Source: an uncultured Methanosarcinales archaeon
GTDB taxonomy: Archaea > Nanobdellota > Nanobdellia > Woesearchaeales > CAZYIM01
Length of the DNA: 64,000 nucleotides
Reading direction: 5' to 3'
NCBI GenBank assembly: GCA_964647565.1
Contig: CAZYIM010000002.1
Coordinates: forward strand, 1-64,000
Below are positions 60,031 to 64,000 of this stretch, piece after piece. Below the pieces are notes generated by a model. It worked only from the letters and a program-made list of their open reading frames with translations. It was not told where the DNA came from and searched no databases. Position 1 is the stretch's first letter. The number at the start of each line of letters is the position of its first letter. A program made the translations under genes and the position numbers.

Positions 60031-60987
60031 TCAACAACTTGTGTAGTTCAGTTGGTTGATCTCGTAATCATTTATATGTGCGTCATCTATCTTGAACCAG
60101 TCTGGCATGGTGTCTATTTCGCAGTTGAGGTTGGTAGTGGTGTTGCCGAAGTATAGGTAGTCTACAACACTCAGTTCTGTGTCGATGTCAATGTCCTGGC
60201 TTTGGAGCAGATCAAGATCCACAAAGCTCTCAATACCGTTCGGATTATCTGAGAAGTTGCCTGAGAATCGCATAATGAAACTAGGTGCCTTATCTGAGCT
60301 CTTATAGTAGGATTGATTCTGGAATAGCTGCAGGTTGCTTGAGTCCTTAGTGACATTATCTACAAAGTCAGTTGTGTTGAATTGGCTTATTGGATTTTTT
60401 AATCTTCCGAGAGTTCCTACACTATAGAGAGGATCAAATAGATTGTCTATTGGGACAAACGTATCGTAGTCTTGGATAAAATCCCATCTGGCACTGTTAG
60501 ATGCATCTGTGAGATTCACTTCGAGGGTGATGACAACCTTTACAATCCAGGGGGTTTCTTGTGTGAAGTTGATCGAACTTACTGATAACTCAGTTTGCAT
60601 GTTCCGTCTGTTTGCGTTTTGGTTTACCCTGTTTAGGTATTCCTCCAGACTAGCATTTTCCATTATAGATTGAGATGTTCCATTGATAGTGCCGTTATAG
60701 ATTATCTCTGTGAACATGCTTTCGAGGTTGGGCAGGTAGCTTCCTTGCTCAACGATATGGTTTTCAAGAGCTAAAAATGTCCTGAAGGTAGCGATGAATA
60801 CAGCACGATCCAGGTCCCTGTCAAAGTCATCGAGAAAATCATTCATAGCCATAACCCTTGATACAACTACCTCTTTGTTGTTGCCTATAAACTTGGTCTT
60901 TTCAGAGGCGTAGATTGAGAAAAGCACAGCTATAAGAAGTATGACGATGAATGTGTACATGAATCCTTTCTTGCTGCCTAATACCAT
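60031..60987 (-). CDS. Minor pilin-like protein (class III signal)
   Basis: SKKG/FMYTFIVILL; many NxS/T sequons. Confidence 0.75.
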   Translation of the reverse strand: MVLGSKKGFMYTFIVILLIAVLFSIYASEKTKFIGNNKEVVVSRVMAMNDFLDDFDRDLDRAVFIATFRTFLALENHIVEQGSYLPNLESMFTEIIYNGTINGTSQSIMENASLEEYLNRVNQNANRRNMQTELSVSSINFTQETPWIVKVVITLEVNLTDASNSARWDFIQDYDTFVPIDNLFDPLYSVGTLGRLKNPISQFNTTDFVDNVTKDSSNLQLFQNQSYYKSSDKAPSFIMRFSGNFSDNPNGIESFVDLDLLQSQDIDIDTELSVVDYLYFGNTTTNLNCEIDTMPDWFKIDDAHINDYEINQLNYTSC

Positions 60988-63674
60988 ACATTCACCTCTG
61001 TTAGTGATGGCCCCCAAAGGTATGGCACACCAGGTACAACCACAACCACAACCTCTAAGTCTGCCTGGTTTATGTTGATGAGCAGTCTTCCATCATTATC
61101 ATAGTCAAACTGGCTAATCAAGGAATATACCGCAAAGTCATATGCATCATCACTATCGTAGCTGATGCTTGCTGCTGTGTATTCACAGTTGTCGCTTCCG
61201 CTGTAAGTTTGTGGGATTGTGAAGTTGAGGAAATCTCCGTCTTCGAATTCAACCCTCCAATGACAGCCAATGGCAGTTGGTTTGACGTCTGTGAACACAG
61301 TTGAGGAATTGGCAAGTGCTGTGTATATGACTGAGTTGTTCATTGAACAACCTGTTATGTTATCAGGCGTGTCTGCAGTATTGAATGTTATGTTGTTGAT
61401 GCCATGGATCAAGAGGTTGACTGGTATCTGGACATAGAAGGGATCTCCTAGTCTTGGATAGGGCACTAGGTATTCTGACATGTTGAAGACTGTGATGTTG
61501 TTTACAACCAAGGTATTGGTCCAATGGGAGCCAGAATATGAAGTGAGTTTAGCATCAACAACCCTAAGGCCTTCGAATACCTCAAAGTTGGTGTCGCAGG
61601 AGTCAAAGGTGTTTGTCTGGAAGACAAGGGATATCTCTCCGGATTCAGGAGGATCTACAATAGGCGTATAGTTGAACTCGATAAAGGAGTCGTCATAGAG
61701 CATAGCAGGTGTGTAATCTCCCTGGACATTAATCAGCTGGCTTGATTGGTTGATTCGTGTTAGGATGTCGTATGCTATCTCTTCATAGATCTCTTTTAGT
61801 CTTGTTGTATTGCTGCTGTTCATGTATGTGCCGTTGCCAATAGTTGCAACCTGCTCTAAGAGGGCGACTGCGCTTGAGCATTCTGAAATAAGGCCGAATC
61901 CTACAGAGAAGACTGTTGTATTGAGATCGTCTACAGCTCTTTGGACGCTGAAGATGGTGTGGTTGATTGCCTCTTCACAGGCATTATCATTGCAGCCCTC
62001 AAAATCACATGATCCCCCTCCTCCCTGGGTATCGCAATACCCTTCACAGATTTCAGGTGTTAAGTAGTCATCAGATGTGCCTGAGGTACAGTTGTCCTCT
62101 GCGCAGTGAGTAGGCACGCCATCTGTCATGAACACGATGAATTTTGCCCTTGATGAATTGCTGAATGAATCAAGGATATCATATGCTCTGTTGACTGCAC
62201 ATGAAAGGCAGGTCTGGTCTTTTCCCTGGGGACCGAAATTGGAAATATAGCTCTTGATTGCATCTTTATCAGAAGGATTATTGTACCATTCGATTTCGTC
62301 TGAATGCAAAAAGACAGGCCAAATACGATTGCCTGTATAATTCATGACTATATCTACTAGTTCATTGTCAACGCATCTTGCCAGGTGGCTCTTCCTGGCA
62401 TCATCATATCCGTAAAGTTCATCACAATCTTTCACTCCTGTTCCAAGAGCAGTATTGTCGCTGACTGCCTTTTTCATGCTTCCTGAGAAGTCTGTTATTA
62501 AGACGATATCTGCATTGCCTCCTGTAACAATCTCTGATGTGTAGTTGTATGATGCGAACCTGATCGGGATGGTCTTGTTGCTCAGGAAGACATAGTCCAG
62601 GTTCTGCGGTGCTTGTTGAAGATAGGTGCTGTTTAGATATGCTTCGATGTCTGTTCCATTGGCAACATGTTGATATGCTGTCTTCTCACCAATCGTGATA
62701 TATGTTGTTGAGTTGGAGTTGTAATGCAGGTAGATGCCCATGCTGTTTAGGGTTCCTGGAATGTAAAAGGAATCATAGAGATTAGGTATACCCTCGATCC
62801 TGGGGAAATAATAGCGCAGGGTTCCTGGTGTTGAAGCATCCTGTATCTGTTCTGTATGATAAGTGAGCTTAACATATCCTCCTGCGATGTATGAATTGTT
62901 GATACCTTCAAAGACAAAAGTAAAATTGTTCTGCCCGGGTATTATTGAGCTATTGCATCCTGTTATATCCCATCTGTCTGCGCTCATGTTGAAATGAGCA
63001 GGTTCAAATTCGCTGTTGCATTGATCGCCATTGATGTACAAGGTGAAGTTAGATGCGACATCTAGCTCCAGTATGAGTTCCTGGATGGATGAGCTGTTTA
63101 CATCGTCAGGTATATCCCGAATTGAGCCTGTGATATTGCCTTGGCCTACAAAGCCCCCGAAATATAGGTAGGATGAGAACGGTTTGTTCCTGATCTTCCT
63201 AAGATAAGCTGAGGATGCGGATCCGGTTGTAGGAAGGCCTTGGGCAATTCCCGATATCATTCGCCTTGCAGTGACCAGGTTGTTGACATTTGTTATGTTC
63301 TTGCTGTATACTGTCTCATCACCTATCTTGAAGCTGAATCCAAAACGATCTGGAAGGGAGTCGTTAACCACTATATCTAACAATCGGTCGATGTAGACAT
63401 AATTGCCATTCACCCAGTAGTTTCCTACTTGTACAAGTATTGAAACGTTTGGATCTGATATGCTGCCGTTGGATATTTGTGCCTGTACCCAGCTATTGTT
63501 GAGTTCGTTTATCTTTATCTCGCTTATTGCATTTGTTATGTCCTTTGAGACATAGTCTATCTGCCTGATATCTGGTTTGGAGTCAGTAAACTGGAAGATC
63601 ATGTAAGCTGCTGTTATCAATAGCACTGAAGCTAGGAATGCGTCAATGCTGAAATATAGTGCTTTCCTGTTCAT
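60978..63674 (-). CDS. Large pilin-like adhesin with vWA domain
   Basis: NRKA/LYFSIDAFLA class III-like signal; MIDAS DFSGSM, FMTDG, VFSVGFG; Cys-rich inserts. Confidence 0.85.
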   Translation of the reverse strand: MNRKALYFSIDAFLASVLLITAAYMIFQFTDSKPDIRQIDYVSKDITNAISEIKINELNNSWVQAQISNGSISDPNVSILVQVGNYWVNGNYVYIDRLLDIVVNDSLPDRFGFSFKIGDETVYSKNITNVNNLVTARRMISGIAQGLPTTGSASSAYLRKIRNKPFSSYLYFGGFVGQGNITGSIRDIPDDVNSSSIQELILELDVASNFTLYINGDQCNSEFEPAHFNMSADRWDITGCNSSIIPGQNNFTFVFEGINNSYIAGGYVKLTYHTEQIQDASTPGTLRYYFPRIEGIPNLYDSFYIPGTLNSMGIYLHYNSNSTTYITIGEKTAYQHVANGTDIEAYLNSTYLQQAPQNLDYVFLSNKTIPIRFASYNYTSEIVTGGNADIVLITDFSGSMKKAVSDNTALGTGVKDCDELYGYDDARKSHLARCVDNELVDIVMNYTGNRIWPVFLHSDEIEWYNNPSDKDAIKSYISNFGPQGKDQTCLSCAVNRAYDILDSFSNSSRAKFIVFMTDGVPTHCAEDNCTSGTSDDYLTPEICEGYCDTQGGGGSCDFEGCNDNACEEAINHTIFSVQRAVDDLNTTVFSVGFGLISECSSAVALLEQVATIGNGTYMNSSNTTRLKEIYEEIAYDILTRINQSSQLINVQGDYTPAMLYDDSFIEFNYTPIVDPPESGEISLVFQTNTFDSCDTNFEVFEGLRVVDAKLTSYSGSHWTNTLVVNNITVFNMSEYLVPYPRLGDPFYVQIPVNLLIHGINNITFNTADTPDNITGCSMNNSVIYTALANSSTVFTDVKPTAIGCHWRVEFEDGDFLNFTIPQTYSGSDNCEYTAASISYDSDDAYDFAVYSLISQFDYDNDGRLLININQADLEVVVVVVPGVPYLWGPSLTEVNVWY

Positions 63675-63675
63675 C

Positions 63676-64000
63676 TTAGTCCCAAACATATAGGATCATA
63701 GACACGATGGTCGCATCATGTACAACAAACCTTTCAATCTTGATTAAGTTCTTATATGTCTCTGTGATATTCACTGAGTTATTGGTTATTGATGCTGCGG
63801 GATGTCCTTGGCCCAGTTCGCCGCTTATGTTCAATATGCTGTCATTCTTAGTGAAAAAGTAAAAATAGTCGGATTTGATGCCCAATAGGCCTTTTGACCT
63901 GTCGTAGCTAATCTTCCTGAATTCGTCAAGTTTGGTAAGATTCAGTCTTGAGCTGTCAACAATACCTGGAGTGAAGACTGAGCTGTTGGTCCAGTTCCTT
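63676..64000 (-). CDS. Pilin-like protein, 5' end outside window
   Basis: The frame stays open to the window edge; C-terminus LYVWD resembles the neighbour's EVNVWY. Confidence 0.6.
   Translation of the reverse strand, partial: RNWTNSSVFTPGIVDSSRLNLTKLDEFRKISYDRSKGLLGIKSDYFYFFTKNDSILNISGELGQGHPAASITNNSVNITETYKNLIKIERFVVHDATIVSMILYVWD

Noticed and set aside
1..64000. CRISPR array, rRNA genes, integrase or provirus
   Set aside because: No regularly spaced repeats, rRNA-like tracts, or recognisable integrase/capsid genes were seen

Overview
64 kb of an AT-rich archaeal chromosome, most likely DPANN (Woesearchaeota-like; inferred from Alba, eS17, eL33/L35Ae, the Pop5-PsmA-SBDS-Rrp4/41/42-RpoK cluster, archaeal ProRS, RtcA, a KGQ-AMEFLMTYGWA class III pilin and GGTGA/GAGG ribosome-binding sites). 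Housekeeping blocks alternate with accessory genes. The most unusual locus (34.2-46 kb) is an Rhs/TcB-TcC-like toxin cocoon split into three consecutive genes, each with its own export signal and Cys-rich module. It has two alternative core+payload genes (HExxH versus Cys/His payload), no visible immunity gene, and two papain-fold secreted enzymes next to it. The upstream core+payload gene shows an extreme G+T skew. Other observations: two tRNA genes (Arg-TCG, Ser-GGA) that each carry three introns; a family of structured intergenic repeats with covarying stems; a MITE with an 8-bp target duplication; two genes interrupted by single in-frame TAG codons; a frameshifted ASCH gene; and a type IV pilus locus with a vWA adhesin. 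All calls are by-eye motif recognition; no database search or folding program was run.
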